Below are positions 1-8,954 of a DNA stretch of 24,620 bases, piece after piece (position 1 is the first letter of the stretch; every line of letters begins with the position of its first letter). Position numbers and translations under genes: made by a program. Under the pieces are notes generated by a model. The model had not been told where the DNA came from. It made no database searches and saw only the letters and a program-made list of their open reading frames with translations. Source of the stretch: Campylobacteraceae bacterium (GTDB lineage: Bacteria > Campylobacterota > Campylobacteria > Campylobacterales > Sulfurovaceae); NCBI GenBank assembly GCA_027068975.1, contig JALXFN010000024.1:1-24620 (forward strand), given 5' to 3'.

Positions 1-273
1 CTTCTATGTCTAATGGTTCTACTTTAATATTTTTACTATTATCACTATAAATAATTTTTTATATTCTTTTTTATTTCTTTTGTCATTGTTTAATTTTATG
101 ATATATAAATAGATTTAGCTATGAAAATAATATAGAATAAAATAAATTTGAACCTTATCTACACAAATAAAACTTTACTTTTAAATTTTAATATTATATT
201 TAAATATTTTAGCCTTATTTAAATAGAAATAAAATAAACTAAAATAATATTTCAATATATTAAAAGGATAAAA

Positions 274-2412
274 ATGAAAACAGATATGTTCTCAAGGTTA
301 AAACAGTTTATGTTTTTTATGTTTCTACTTTTTACTAGTATGACAAAAGCAAGTGCAGTAGATACTATAAATTCAATCAATGGTCCAACTTCCATTACAA
401 AAGGTCAGCGTATTACAGTTAATATTGATTATGAGACAGAAGATAAAGATTTAATACTTTTGTTACAAGAAGCAAAGTACCCATGGAAAAGTTGTTATAA
501 AGTACGAAAACATAGCAATGAAAATGGAAAACAAATTACATTTATGGTACCAAACACTATTAAAAATGATACACCCTTACAGTATCTAGTCTATTTAACT
601 CGAAAAGGAAAAGATTGGGAAGATAGAGTGAGTGTAAAATACCAAGAAAATGTGTTATTAAATACTGCTCAAGTAGAAAACTCTGGAAAAAATAAACAGG
701 ATACTTTAGATAAAAATAAATGGTCATATTTTGGTAATACTTATGGAAAACAAAGTCGTACATATAATGGAAAGCTTTTTATCTATTCAACACCTAAAGA
801 TGTAGGTTCAGGAATGTATCAAGAGATACCAACAGAAATAGGAAGAGAGTATGAAGTAAGTGCCATACTAATAGGTTCAGACACCAATAGAAAAGAACAG
901 TTCAATGGAGAATCATATTTAACTATAAGTAGTGCATTCCCCACACCATCTAAAGATTCTGTATTTGAAGAGTCAGAACATGTTACTGGAGGTGTAGAGA
1001 CTAAAGTTAGTTTTAGATTTACAGCTATATCTAGTAAAACATATTTAGCACTTAGAAGTGATAAAACTTGGCACTATGCAAGTGCACGAGCTGTATCGGT
1101 AAAAGCGCTAGGTAATGACCCAATAGGAGATACGACTAAGCCGGTTATTACACTGAATGGTAATAGTAGCATTACAGTATATCAAGATGAAACATATGTA
1201 GAACTAGGTGCAACAGCTAATGATAATATAGATGGAGATATTACATCTAATATAGAAATAACATCTAATGTAGATACCTCAACAGTTGGAACATATAAAG
1301 TAAAATACAATGTGTCTGATACAGATGGCAATAAAGTAGAAGTAGTAAGAACAGTGAACGTTGTAGATAAATCAGATAATTACCATTCGTTAACTGTAGT
1401 TAATTTAACAGATACATTAGTAATAAATAAGGATAATCAGACGATAGAAAATACACACTTTATATGTAGTAATACAAATTTTGAAGCAATTAAAGTTTCT
1501 GCACACAACACACTGATAAAAGGTAATTTATTTGAAAATTGTGCAACAGGTATTGTCTTATCTCATGCATTCAATACGCGTATTACTGGAAATAGATTTA
1601 AACATCTAGGTGCAGGGATTATTGGAACAGCTGGAGAGGATGGTTCTGTTATAACATATAATGAATTTGTTGATATAGGATCTCTTGATTGTACTGTAGT
1701 TGTAGGTGGTGAAAATTGTAGTATATATGGTGCACGAGAAAACAGTAAAAATAGTGTTTTTTCACATAATCTTGTAGATAACCGAGGGGCTACTGTTCGA
1801 TATATGGAAGATTATATATCTTTCTATACTACGAAGGAAGGAGTACAAAACATGAAAGCAGAAGATAATATATTGGTAGGAAGCATAGTATCCTCTAGTT
1901 CTGGTGCATGTATGTTGGTTGATGGACAAGGCTCAAAATATGCATTTAGAAGAAATCAATGTTATAATGTATCAGGATATGGTTTTGTTGCGGCTAGTAG
2001 TAAAGATGTGGTTGTGGAAGACAACTTAATTTACATGGATAGGGAACATGTGGAGAATATAACATATTTTAATTCTACGATAAAAAATGATGAATCTTAT
2101 ACTTTTGGTGCAACACCTTATTATAAAGGTGTTTGTGCTGAAAATATAACATTTCTAAATAATAAAGGTTATAATTATACTGAGGATGGCAAGGAGACTT
2201 GGAATATTGGATATGGATGGCAATGTTTAAGTAGTAGAACTGGAGATGCGAAAAAATGGTCTAAAGAGAGACTTTTTTCCTTAGAGGGGGAATATGCAAA
2301 TAATATTGTACTTTATGGAAATCAATTCTTTGAAGAGGATCCTCATTGGGAAATTCCAAGCAATTTATTTGATAACTTAGACAGTAACTATTTTAGTGGT
2401 AATACACATTAA
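274..2412 (+). CDS. Secreted protein with a bacterial Ig-like domain and right-handed parallel beta-helix (PbH1) repeats. Possible polysaccharide-active enzyme or adhesin.
   Basis: N-terminal Sec signal peptide (MKTDMFSRLKQFMFFMFLLFTSMTKASA). The central segment TKPVITLNGNSSITVYQDETYVELGATANDNIDGDITSNIEI...GTYKVKYNVSDTDGNKV looks like a DUF5011/HYR Ig-like domain. The C-terminal half has repeated NxxIxGNxF / GIVL motifs typical of a pectin-lyase-fold beta-helix. RBS-like AAAGGA lies upstream of the ATG. Confidence 0.5.
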   Translation: MKTDMFSRLKQFMFFMFLLFTSMTKASAVDTINSINGPTSITKGQRITVNIDYETEDKDLILLLQEAKYPWKSCYKVRKHSNENGKQITFMVPNTIKNDTPLQYLVYLTRKGKDWEDRVSVKYQENVLLNTAQVENSGKNKQDTLDKNKWSYFGNTYGKQSRTYNGKLFIYSTPKDVGSGMYQEIPTEIGREYEVSAILIGSDTNRKEQFNGESYLTISSAFPTPSKDSVFEESEHVTGGVETKVSFRFTAISSKTYLALRSDKTWHYASARAVSVKALGNDPIGDTTKPVITLNGNSSITVYQDETYVELGATANDNIDGDITSNIEITSNVDTSTVGTYKVKYNVSDTDGNKVEVVRTVNVVDKSDNYHSLTVVNLTDTLVINKDNQTIENTHFICSNTNFEAIKVSAHNTLIKGNLFENCATGIVLSHAFNTRITGNRFKHLGAGIIGTAGEDGSVITYNEFVDIGSLDCTVVVGGENCSIYGARENSKNSVFSHNLVDNRGATVRYMEDYISFYTTKEGVQNMKAEDNILVGSIVSSSSGACMLVDGQGSKYAFRRNQCYNVSGYGFVAASSKDVVVEDNLIYMDREHVENITYFNSTIKNDESYTFGATPYYKGVCAENITFLNNKGYNYTEDGKETWNIGYGWQCLSSRTGDAKKWSKERLFSLEGEYANNIVLYGNQFFEEDPHWEIPSNLFDNLDSNYFSGNTH

Positions 2413-3317
2413 AATATCTCTTTCTTCAACAACAAGTCACTCAACTCCTCCAAAGGCAAAGCAGTTTTTTCTTTAAACTGCGATGCATTAAAGGTTCTTT
2501 GCCTTTTTGCGAGTTGGGCTGTGTGGGTGACTATTTTTTCTTTCATTTCTATTTTACTGTAGTACCCATCTAGGTAAGATAAAACCTCTTTTATCCCTAT
2601 AGATTTCATGCAATTGGGTGCACGAGTATAGTTTTTTTCTAAATAAAATACTTCATCTATAAGTCCAGACTCTATCATTTTAACAGTTCTTTTATTGATG
2701 CGTTCTCTTAATATTTTACGTTCTACAGTAATTTCATAAATAGATAATGGCTCTACAATAGAGGGTTTGGGAGGATGTGTTTCAAAGTAGTTAGTAGGGG
2801 GCATACCTGTTTGAAAGTAGAGGTTGAGCATTTTCTCTATTCTGTAACGGTCATTGCTCTCTATAGACTTTAAGTATTTGTTGTCGATATCAGATAAAAA
2901 TTTATGAGCAGTAGTTAAATCTTTTAGTAACTCATTACTCTTATCTTTTGCCTCTTTTGAAATTTTTGGGAGTTCACTAATGCCTTTAATTAAAGCATTT
3001 AAATAGAAGCTCGTTCCTCCAACAATAATTAGATTTTTTTCATCTTTTATAGCTTGTTCTCTTGCTTGTTTGTAGAGTGTTATAAATGTTGTAACATCAA
3101 ATGGTTCGTTTGGGAAAATAACATCTATTCCAAAATGGTGTATATTTTGTCTCTCTTCTACAGTAGGTTTAGCCGAAGCGATGTCTATCTCTTTATAAAT
3201 AGCCAAAGAGTCTAAAGAGAGGATATAAGCGTTGTTTTTTTTTGCCAAATCAATAGATAAAGCAGTTTTTCCAGAGGCAGTTGAACCGATAAGTGCAAGT
3301 TGTTTAAATTTATTCAT
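2409..3317 (-). CDS. miaA: tRNA dimethylallyltransferase (tRNA isopentenyltransferase)
   Basis: N-terminal P-loop GSTASGKTALSIDLA followed by LSLDSLAIYKEIDIASAKP, the MiaA signature. Length 302 aa. Overlaps the upstream convergent gene by 4 nt. Confidence 0.8.
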   Translation of the reverse strand: MNKFKQLALIGSTASGKTALSIDLAKKNNAYILSLDSLAIYKEIDIASAKPTVEERQNIHHFGIDVIFPNEPFDVTTFITLYKQAREQAIKDEKNLIIVGGTSFYLNALIKGISELPKISKEAKDKSNELLKDLTTAHKFLSDIDNKYLKSIESNDRYRIEKMLNLYFQTGMPPTNYFETHPPKPSIVEPLSIYEITVERKILRERINKRTVKMIESGLIDEVFYLEKNYTRAPNCMKSIGIKEVLSYLDGYYSKIEMKEKIVTHTAQLAKRQRTFNASQFKEKTALPLEELSDLLLKKEIF

Positions 3318-3381
3318 AACCCAAATTATAGTTAAATAATCTAAAATAGGATAGAATTACGTTTTATATTTAGGAGCAAAA

Positions 3382-3933
3382 ATGTTATTTGATAAAGACA
3401 ACCGTTTTAACCTTGCCAATTTAATTACATTTGGTAATATTGCAGCTGGATTAATAGCCATACACTTTATAGTTCATGGAGATTTTTTTATAGCCATTAT
3501 TTTAGCATGGATAGCAGGTGCTTTAGATATTGCCGATGGAAAAGTGGCACGAAAATATAAGCTATCCACTGAGTTTGGAATACAAGTTGACTCCTATGCT
3601 GACTTTATCTCATTTGTAGTTATGCCATCATTTTTACTCTATTATGCTATTGCAGCAGATGCTTCAGGGGTGACACAGCTTATTTTAGGTTTAGTATTTA
3701 TTGCTTATATCATTGCAGGGCTTAGACGACTCATTGAATTTAATATGAAGTCAGAAGAGGGTGTTGTTACTAAATTTTTTGAGGGTGTTCCTACTCCTTT
3801 AGGTGCTATTCTACAATGGGTTCTTTACCTTTTATTCTCTTATGGTGTAATTACTAATGCTTATGTTATTGGTCTCTTTGTAGTAGTGATTGCTTGGGCA
3901 TTAAACTCTAAATTAAAAATTCCTCATCCATAA
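3382..3933 (+). CDS. pssA: CDP-alcohol phosphatidyltransferase, most similar to Bacillus-type phosphatidylserine synthase
   Basis: Motif D-G-x2-A-R-x8-G-x3-D-x3-D is present (DIADGKVARKYKLSTEFGIQVDSYAD). N-terminal ITFGNIAAGLIAI resembles PssA. Multi-TM protein of 183 aa. Confidence 0.6.
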   Translation: MLFDKDNRFNLANLITFGNIAAGLIAIHFIVHGDFFIAIILAWIAGALDIADGKVARKYKLSTEFGIQVDSYADFISFVVMPSFLLYYAIAADASGVTQLILGLVFIAYIIAGLRRLIEFNMKSEEGVVTKFFEGVPTPLGAILQWVLYLLFSYGVITNAYVIGLFVVVIAWALNSKLKIPHP

Positions 3934-3935
3934 TC

Positions 3936-4808
3936 ATGTTAAAAAACTTTATAACAAAACTTTCCCATCTCTCTGAGATGGTAATGCTAAAGCACTCTAT
4001 TTTCTCTTTACCTTTTATATTTATAGCCATGTTGGTAGCGTCCAAACTAGAATTTGGAACGGGTTGGTTTGGGTGGAAACTTCTTTTTTTAGGAGTTTTG
4101 GCAGCAGTAACAGCTCGAAACTTTGCCATGGGTGTAAACCGATATCTTGACCGTGATATAGATGTACTGAACCCTAGAACAAAAAATAGACCCTCTGTCG
4201 ATGGACGTGTCTCAAACACAACAATGATAGTCTTTATAGTAGTTAATGCTTTAGCATTTATTTTGGTGGCTTACTTTATTAATGATATGGCACTGATACT
4301 CTCCCTTCCTATCTTGATAATTTTAGGAGCTTATACCCTTTTTAAGCGTTTTTCATCTTTAGCTCATATTATTTTAGGTGTATCTTTGGGGTTAGCTCCT
4401 ATCGCTGGAGTAGTTGCAGTAACGGGAGAGATAACTACTTGGTCACTCTACTTGGCAGGAGGAGTTGTTTTTTGGGTAGCAGGGTTTGACCTCTTGTATT
4501 CACTACAAGATATAGAGTTCGACAAAGCCAATAACTTACACTCTATACCTTCACAATTTGGTGCAAAAAATACCATGCTTATAGCAAAGTTGTTTCATTT
4601 TATGACCATTGTGTTATGGGTACTCTTTATTAGTAGTGCAGGGTTAGGATTATTTGCTATGGTAGCAGTTGTTTTAAGTGCCATTATGCTAACCTATGAG
4701 CATTATTTGGTAAATAAAGACTTTACTAAAATAGATAAAGCATTTTTTACAGTCAATGGATATTTGGGAATTATGTTTTTAATATTAATTATTATGGAGG
4801 TGCTATAG
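3936..4808 (+). CDS. UbiA-family aromatic prenyltransferase. Quinone biosynthesis candidate: MqnP/UbiA/MenA-like.
   Basis: UbiA Asp-rich motif NRYLDRDIDVLNPRTKNRP plus a second Asp-rich region (DLLYSLQDIEFD). Eight or more TM helices. The start codon lies 2 nt after the pssA stop. Confidence 0.65.
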   Translation: MLKNFITKLSHLSEMVMLKHSIFSLPFIFIAMLVASKLEFGTGWFGWKLLFLGVLAAVTARNFAMGVNRYLDRDIDVLNPRTKNRPSVDGRVSNTTMIVFIVVNALAFILVAYFINDMALILSLPILIILGAYTLFKRFSSLAHIILGVSLGLAPIAGVVAVTGEITTWSLYLAGGVVFWVAGFDLLYSLQDIEFDKANNLHSIPSQFGAKNTMLIAKLFHFMTIVLWVLFISSAGLGLFAMVAVVLSAIMLTYEHYLVNKDFTKIDKAFFTVNGYLGIMFLILIIMEVL

Positions 4809-5144
4809 ATGGAAGCAGAGCAGTTACAGTTTATCTTTTCACTTTTTTCATTTGTTGGAGTTATTGGAATTTTATTTTATCTGATTTTAGCAAAAGCAAA
4901 ATCTGACGAGCAGACAGAATTGGTAGAGATTTTGGAACAAAAATTGACATCACTTCATGACTATGTGTATGAGTTGGAAGAGCGTAGTAAAATAGAAAAA
5001 ACCCCTGAACAACATGAGTTAAAACAAAAAATTATAGAGATGTTTGAAGAGGGAAAAGATTTGATGGTGATAGAAAATGCCTTAGATGTTCCTCGTGCTA
5101 AAATAGAGATGATTTTAAAGTTTCATAAATTACAGACAAAATAA
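4809..5144 (+). CDS. Small membrane-anchored coiled-coil protein, function unknown
   Basis: Its ATG immediately follows the UbiA stop (TAG ATG). GGAGG lies 9 nt upstream. One N-terminal TM helix, then a charged helical region. Confidence 0.45.
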   Translation: MEAEQLQFIFSLFSFVGVIGILFYLILAKAKSDEQTELVEILEQKLTSLHDYVYELEERSKIEKTPEQHELKQKIIEMFEEGKDLMVIENALDVPRAKIEMILKFHKLQTK

Positions 5145-5155
5145 CAAAAAAACTA

Positions 5156-5194
5156 TAAATCTGTTGATAAACCCTTGTAATCAACAGATTTATT
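5156..5194 (+). terminator. Rho-independent terminator hairpin that also overlaps the -35 region of the tRNA-Arg promoter
   Basis: Perfect 12-bp inverted repeat AAATCTGTTGAT ... ATCAACAGATTT with an 11-nt loop, followed by ATTT. It sits directly upstream of TGcTATAAT (5200-5205). Confidence 0.55.
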
Positions 5195-5223
5195 TGCTAT
5201 AATTTCGACCTCTTCACATATAT

Positions 5224-5300
5224 GCGTTCATAGCTCAGCTGGATAGAGCATCGGTTTGCGGTACCGAAGGTCTCAGGTTCGAATCCTGATGGACGTACCA
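5224..5300 (+). tRNA. tRNA-Arg. The anticodon reads GCG, i.e. G34 where most bacterial tRNA-Arg genes have ACG.
   Basis: Manual cloverleaf: acceptor GCGTTCA/TGGACGT (two G-U pairs), D-arm GCTC-AGCTGGATA-GAGC (same D-loop as E. coli tRNA-Arg, A20), anticodon stem TCGGT/ACCGA with loop TTGCGGT, T-arm TCAGG-TTCGAAT-CCTGA, discriminator A, encoded CCA. A TATAAT -10 lies 18 nt upstream. Confidence 0.8.
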
Positions 5301-5313
5301 TCTTTTATATTCT

Positions 5314-6477
5314 TTAATCCTCTAGTTTTTTTCCAAAAATCAATACTTTGAAAAATCTACTTCCCCATACACCGAACATGACCATCCATACCGTTAATGT
5401 TATATCAAAAAAGACAAGGAAGTTCCATGAGTTTGCAATGGCTAAAGAAGTTAGGATTCTCATCACTACAACAACTTGTGTCCAGTAAAACAGAATGGTA
5501 GTTAATCTATCTGCTCTCATTATGTTTCCAGAGTGACCAAGAGTTACTCTGGTTCCAAAACCGATAAGCATGGTAAAGAAAAATCCTAGTACTAAAACAT
5601 GTATATCTAGTGATAAAAAGTTTGTACCATTCATAAGTGAAAGAAGGTTTGTGATACTTGCCAGTGCAAATGCTACAGGTACCCAATAGAGGGCAATAAG
5701 TAAAATCCATATTAAGGGATTAGGGTTAGGTAGAGGTAGCTTCCATTGCCATAACTCTTTTCCTATCAAATATGCTAGAAGTATATCAGCTAAAAATGAT
5801 GAGCTTGGTTGAATGGTTTCTAAAACAACATGTAAAACAATAAGACCAATGATGACTTTAAAACGTTCTTTGTTTTTTATAACAGTTGTATGTGAAAAAA
5901 ATGGAACCATACGTTGAGCAACTGCAAAGATAACAATAAATAAGTAGAGGTAAATAGCAAGTTGTATAGCGAATTGATAGAGGGATGGTAACCCTATAGC
6001 CAAGATAAATAAGAGATGAGAAAATAGACCAAATGCCATACCTATTAATATCCACTCTTGGTCTTCCTTGTTTTCATGTACTGAACTTTTGTAGACATTA
6101 AGTAAAATCTTAATAGAGAGTATATGTCCTAAAAACATAAGAGCCATACCTATTACAAGTAGTGAAGTCGAAAAAAATATACCAATTTGATAAAAAATAA
6201 AAGCTACAATAAACATCCAAAATACGGTCATGTATTTTTGTTGAGCTATTATCTCTGTCCCTGAAAATCTTGGAAATGTAGTAAATAAAAATGCTAAAAA
6301 TGCAGGAGTAAAAAGCATATAAATAAGAGAATACGCATGATAGTCAATAGCTGAAATTTGACTGGGTAAAAACCCTTTTAATAGTAGCATAAAAATAAAC
6401 ATAGAGACAATTGCATTAACAAAAGCTAAAACAAAAAAAGGTTGATGAGGTTGGGAAAAGAAATAATGCTTATTCAT
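5314..6477 (-). CDS. Polytopic membrane protein, probably NnrS family (NO-response heme-copper membrane protein)
   Basis: 387 aa with roughly 12 predicted TM helices. The N-terminal HQPFFVLAF resembles the NnrS PFRLFF motif. Conserved His residues sit in TM segments. The assignment is tentative. Confidence 0.4.
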   Translation of the reverse strand: MNKHYFFSQPHQPFFVLAFVNAIVSMFIFMLLLKGFLPSQISAIDYHAYSLIYMLFTPAFLAFLFTTFPRFSGTEIIAQQKYMTVFWMFIVAFIFYQIGIFFSTSLLVIGMALMFLGHILSIKILLNVYKSSVHENKEDQEWILIGMAFGLFSHLLFILAIGLPSLYQFAIQLAIYLYLFIVIFAVAQRMVPFFSHTTVIKNKERFKVIIGLIVLHVVLETIQPSSSFLADILLAYLIGKELWQWKLPLPNPNPLIWILLIALYWVPVAFALASITNLLSLMNGTNFLSLDIHVLVLGFFFTMLIGFGTRVTLGHSGNIMRADRLTTILFYWTQVVVVMRILTSLAIANSWNFLVFFDITLTVWMVMFGVWGSRFFKVLIFGKKLED

Positions 6478-6556
6478 GGTGTTCCTTAATTGTACTTATA
6501 GCCCATAAGCATAGCTTAAAATGACTAAAATTAAGGAACAGAATATGAAAAATTAT

Positions 6557-7474
6557 TTAAAACTGTTCTTCTAAAAATGGAATTATCTGTTTTTTACGAC
6601 TCATCACCTTTGGAAGCCAAATTTGGTTGTTCTCTAAAGTAATGTTAAAAGCACTCTCTATTTTACTATTATCATCAGAAAGTACGAGTAGCTGAGAACC
6701 TTCTTGCATAATGTCAGTTAAAAGTAAAAGTACAGTATGTCTTGACTCTTCTGCTTTAAGTTCAGCCATTGCTTCAAAGAGTTCTTCTTTCATGTTGTCA
6801 AATACAGAGAGGTCAACGACTTCAAGTTGTCCTACACCTATTTTGTTTCCATTCATGTTAAAGTCTTTGAAGTCTCTTAGGACTAAAGCTCTTTTGGTGT
6901 CAGTTAAGACATCTGATTTTACGATAAACATCTCCATCCCAAGAGCTTTATAATCTTCTATTCCAGCTATTTGGGCTAACTCTTTACACGCTTTTGTATC
7001 CTCTTTGGTACAGGTAGGTGATTTGAAAATAACTGTGTCACTTAAAATAGCACACATCATCATCCCTGCTAACTCTTTTGGAATCTCTATATTATAGTAG
7101 TCAAACATCTGTTTGACAATAGTATTAGAACAACCAACTGGTCGTACCCACATCTCAAGAGGTGCATTTGTTTTTAAGTCGCCAAGTTTATGATGGTCTA
7201 CAATACCTAAAATAGTTGCCTCATCAATATCTTCAGGACTTTGAGAGCTCTCCATAAAATCAATGAGGTATACATTTTCACCTGCATAGTTTGTTTTAAG
7301 CATAGGTTGTTCAAATCCAAAACGTTCTAAGATAAAAGCTGTTTCAGGATTTATCTCACCTTGTCTAGTAGGAGTACAATCTTCTCCTAGTCTGTTTTTA
7401 AGATATGATAGGGAAATAGCTCCAATGATTGAATCGGAGTCAGGAGTAGTATGCCCAAATATATAAGTTGACAT
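6557..7474 (-). CDS. ppaC: Manganese-dependent inorganic pyrophosphatase, family II (DHH/DHHA2)
   Basis: N-terminal IFGHTTPDSDSIIGAIS (DHH-family H-x2-P-D-x-D motif). ~305 aa, typical of PpaC. Has the C-terminal DHHA2-like region. Confidence 0.8.
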   Translation of the reverse strand: MSTYIFGHTTPDSDSIIGAISLSYLKNRLGEDCTPTRQGEINPETAFILERFGFEQPMLKTNYAGENVYLIDFMESSQSPEDIDEATILGIVDHHKLGDLKTNAPLEMWVRPVGCSNTIVKQMFDYYNIEIPKELAGMMMCAILSDTVIFKSPTCTKEDTKACKELAQIAGIEDYKALGMEMFIVKSDVLTDTKRALVLRDFKDFNMNGNKIGVGQLEVVDLSVFDNMKEELFEAMAELKAEESRHTVLLLLTDIMQEGSQLLVLSDDNSKIESAFNITLENNQIWLPKVMSRKKQIIPFLEEQF

Positions 7475-7720
7475 GTTAAAGCCTTTAGTGAATTTTTTTT
7501 GGCATTATATCCAGCCCTAACTTTTCAATAACTTTTAAACTATTTGATAACTACTAATACAAAAACTTTAAATTTAACAACTATCGTGTTTTAAAGTTTA
7601 AAGAAATTGTTATTAATATATGATTTTAATCTCAAATTAACAATGAAACCCGTTTAACCTTATTTAAACTCGAATTATACTAAAATAATTCAACGAAATA
7701 TAATTTAATAAAAGTTTGGA

Positions 7721-8947
7721 GTGAAAATGAAAATATTATTGATAAATAATAATCCAGTAGTATCAAGATTAACTGCCTTAAGTGCTAGAAAAGAAGATAT
7801 AGAGATAGATGAAGTTCAAGAAGTTACAGAGTTGACATCTTACAATTATGATATTGTATTTGTTGATGTAGACTCATGGAACGAAGATGTAAAAAGTACG
7901 ATATTTTCACATATAAATACACAAAAAAGGGTTCTTTTCTATGCTCAAGACGATAATGAAGATTTAGATTTATTCGATAAAGGCATACTAAAACCATTTT
8001 TACCTTCAGAAGTTTCTACCGTTATTAGAAGTGTTGAAGAGAGTAATGCTTTAGATGATATTAGTAATGAGATGGAAGAAGAGAAGAGTATGAATGTGGT
8101 TGAAGATGTAAAAGAAGATGCTACGGCAACACTTGCATCAGAGTCTATAAATCTTGAATCAGCAGAAGTTAAAACTGATTTAATGGATGAATTAGAAAAG
8201 ATTGATGAAGAAAAAGTTGAAGAGCCTTTATTAAGCAGTGCTGAGCTTGAAGATGATTTATTTAAAGAAACCTCTAAAGAATTAAATATTAATGTTAGTG
8301 ATTTTGCTTCAAAAAATGATAAAGAAGAGTTATTTGAACTTGATTTAAATGACGATAAAATTTCATTGGAGGATGAACTCTTTAATGCAGAAGAAAAAAC
8401 TGAAAAAGTGTTAAAAGATGAATTATTAGAGTTTGATCTTGATAATGAAAAAGAGATTAATTTGGATAATGAAAATCTTTTTGAATCTAAAAAAGATGAG
8501 CTTGAACCTGAAAAAAACAAGCTTGAATCCAAAGAAGAAGAGCTTCTTGAAGAGTTAAAAGTTGTTGCTACAGAAGAACCTAAACCTGAAATTGAAACAA
8601 AAGTCTTAGATGCTGAAGAGATAGGAACCATTAAGGATATTCTTGAAGATGACACGAATGAAGTAATGGAGTTAGAAGATTTAGTTGCTCCAAGTATGGC
8701 AGCAGCAGGTATTTCAGCTATGGCATTATCTTCTAATAAGCTGGTTGCTTCTGATGAAGTTGTGAATGAAGAAAATATAGATAAAAAGAAAAAGAAGAAG
8801 AGTAAAAAAGAGAAAAAAATAATGGTTGAAGATACAGAGTCCTCAGATAATTTAGTAAATGCTCTTTCTAATTTAAAAGTTGAAAGTCTTAAAGAACTTC
8901 TTGCTGGTGCAACAGTAACTATTAATATTCAGTTTCCAAAAGCTTAA
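7721..8947 (+). CDS. Highly acidic 'poly-E-rich' protein with a degenerate receiver-like N-terminal domain and a C-terminal Lys-rich patch
   Basis: The E/D/K-rich low-complexity body gives a Ser-rich phantom ORF on the opposite strand. The N-terminus MKILLINNN...YDIVFVDVD...ILKPF resembles a CheY receiver with NN replacing the DD pair. It sits immediately upstream of gmk, as I recall for H. pylori HP0322 and C. jejuni Cj1178c. Confidence 0.6.
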   Translation: MKMKILLINNNPVVSRLTALSARKEDIEIDEVQEVTELTSYNYDIVFVDVDSWNEDVKSTIFSHINTQKRVLFYAQDDNEDLDLFDKGILKPFLPSEVSTVIRSVEESNALDDISNEMEEEKSMNVVEDVKEDATATLASESINLESAEVKTDLMDELEKIDEEKVEEPLLSSAELEDDLFKETSKELNINVSDFASKNDKEELFELDLNDDKISLEDELFNAEEKTEKVLKDELLEFDLDNEKEINLDNENLFESKKDELEPEKNKLESKEEELLEELKVVATEEPKPEIETKVLDAEEIGTIKDILEDDTNEVMELEDLVAPSMAAAGISAMALSSNKLVASDEVVNEENIDKKKKKKSKKEKKIMVEDTESSDNLVNALSNLKVESLKELLAGATVTINIQFPKA

Positions 8948-8954
8948 TGTTAAA

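Noticed and set aside
560-763. Short nested or antisense ORFs from the six-frame track, each 60-126 aa: 560-763, 3908-4219, 5507-5710, 5858-6055, 6711-6953, 9587-9892, 10171-10353, 11059-11343, 14973-15158, 15701-16081, 16565-16828, 18277-18534, 21880-22071.
   Set aside because: Each lies wholly inside, or antisense to, a longer ORF with clear homology-like signatures. Compositions are skewed (Phe/Leu/Ser/Tyr-rich) as expected for frame-shifted AT-rich coding sequence. None has a convincing RBS.
7945-8655. 236-aa Ser-rich ORF on the minus strand
   Set aside because: It is entirely nested antisense in the poly-E gene. The Ser/Phe/Leu-rich composition is the mirror image of the GAA/GAT/AAA codon repeats. 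No RBS.
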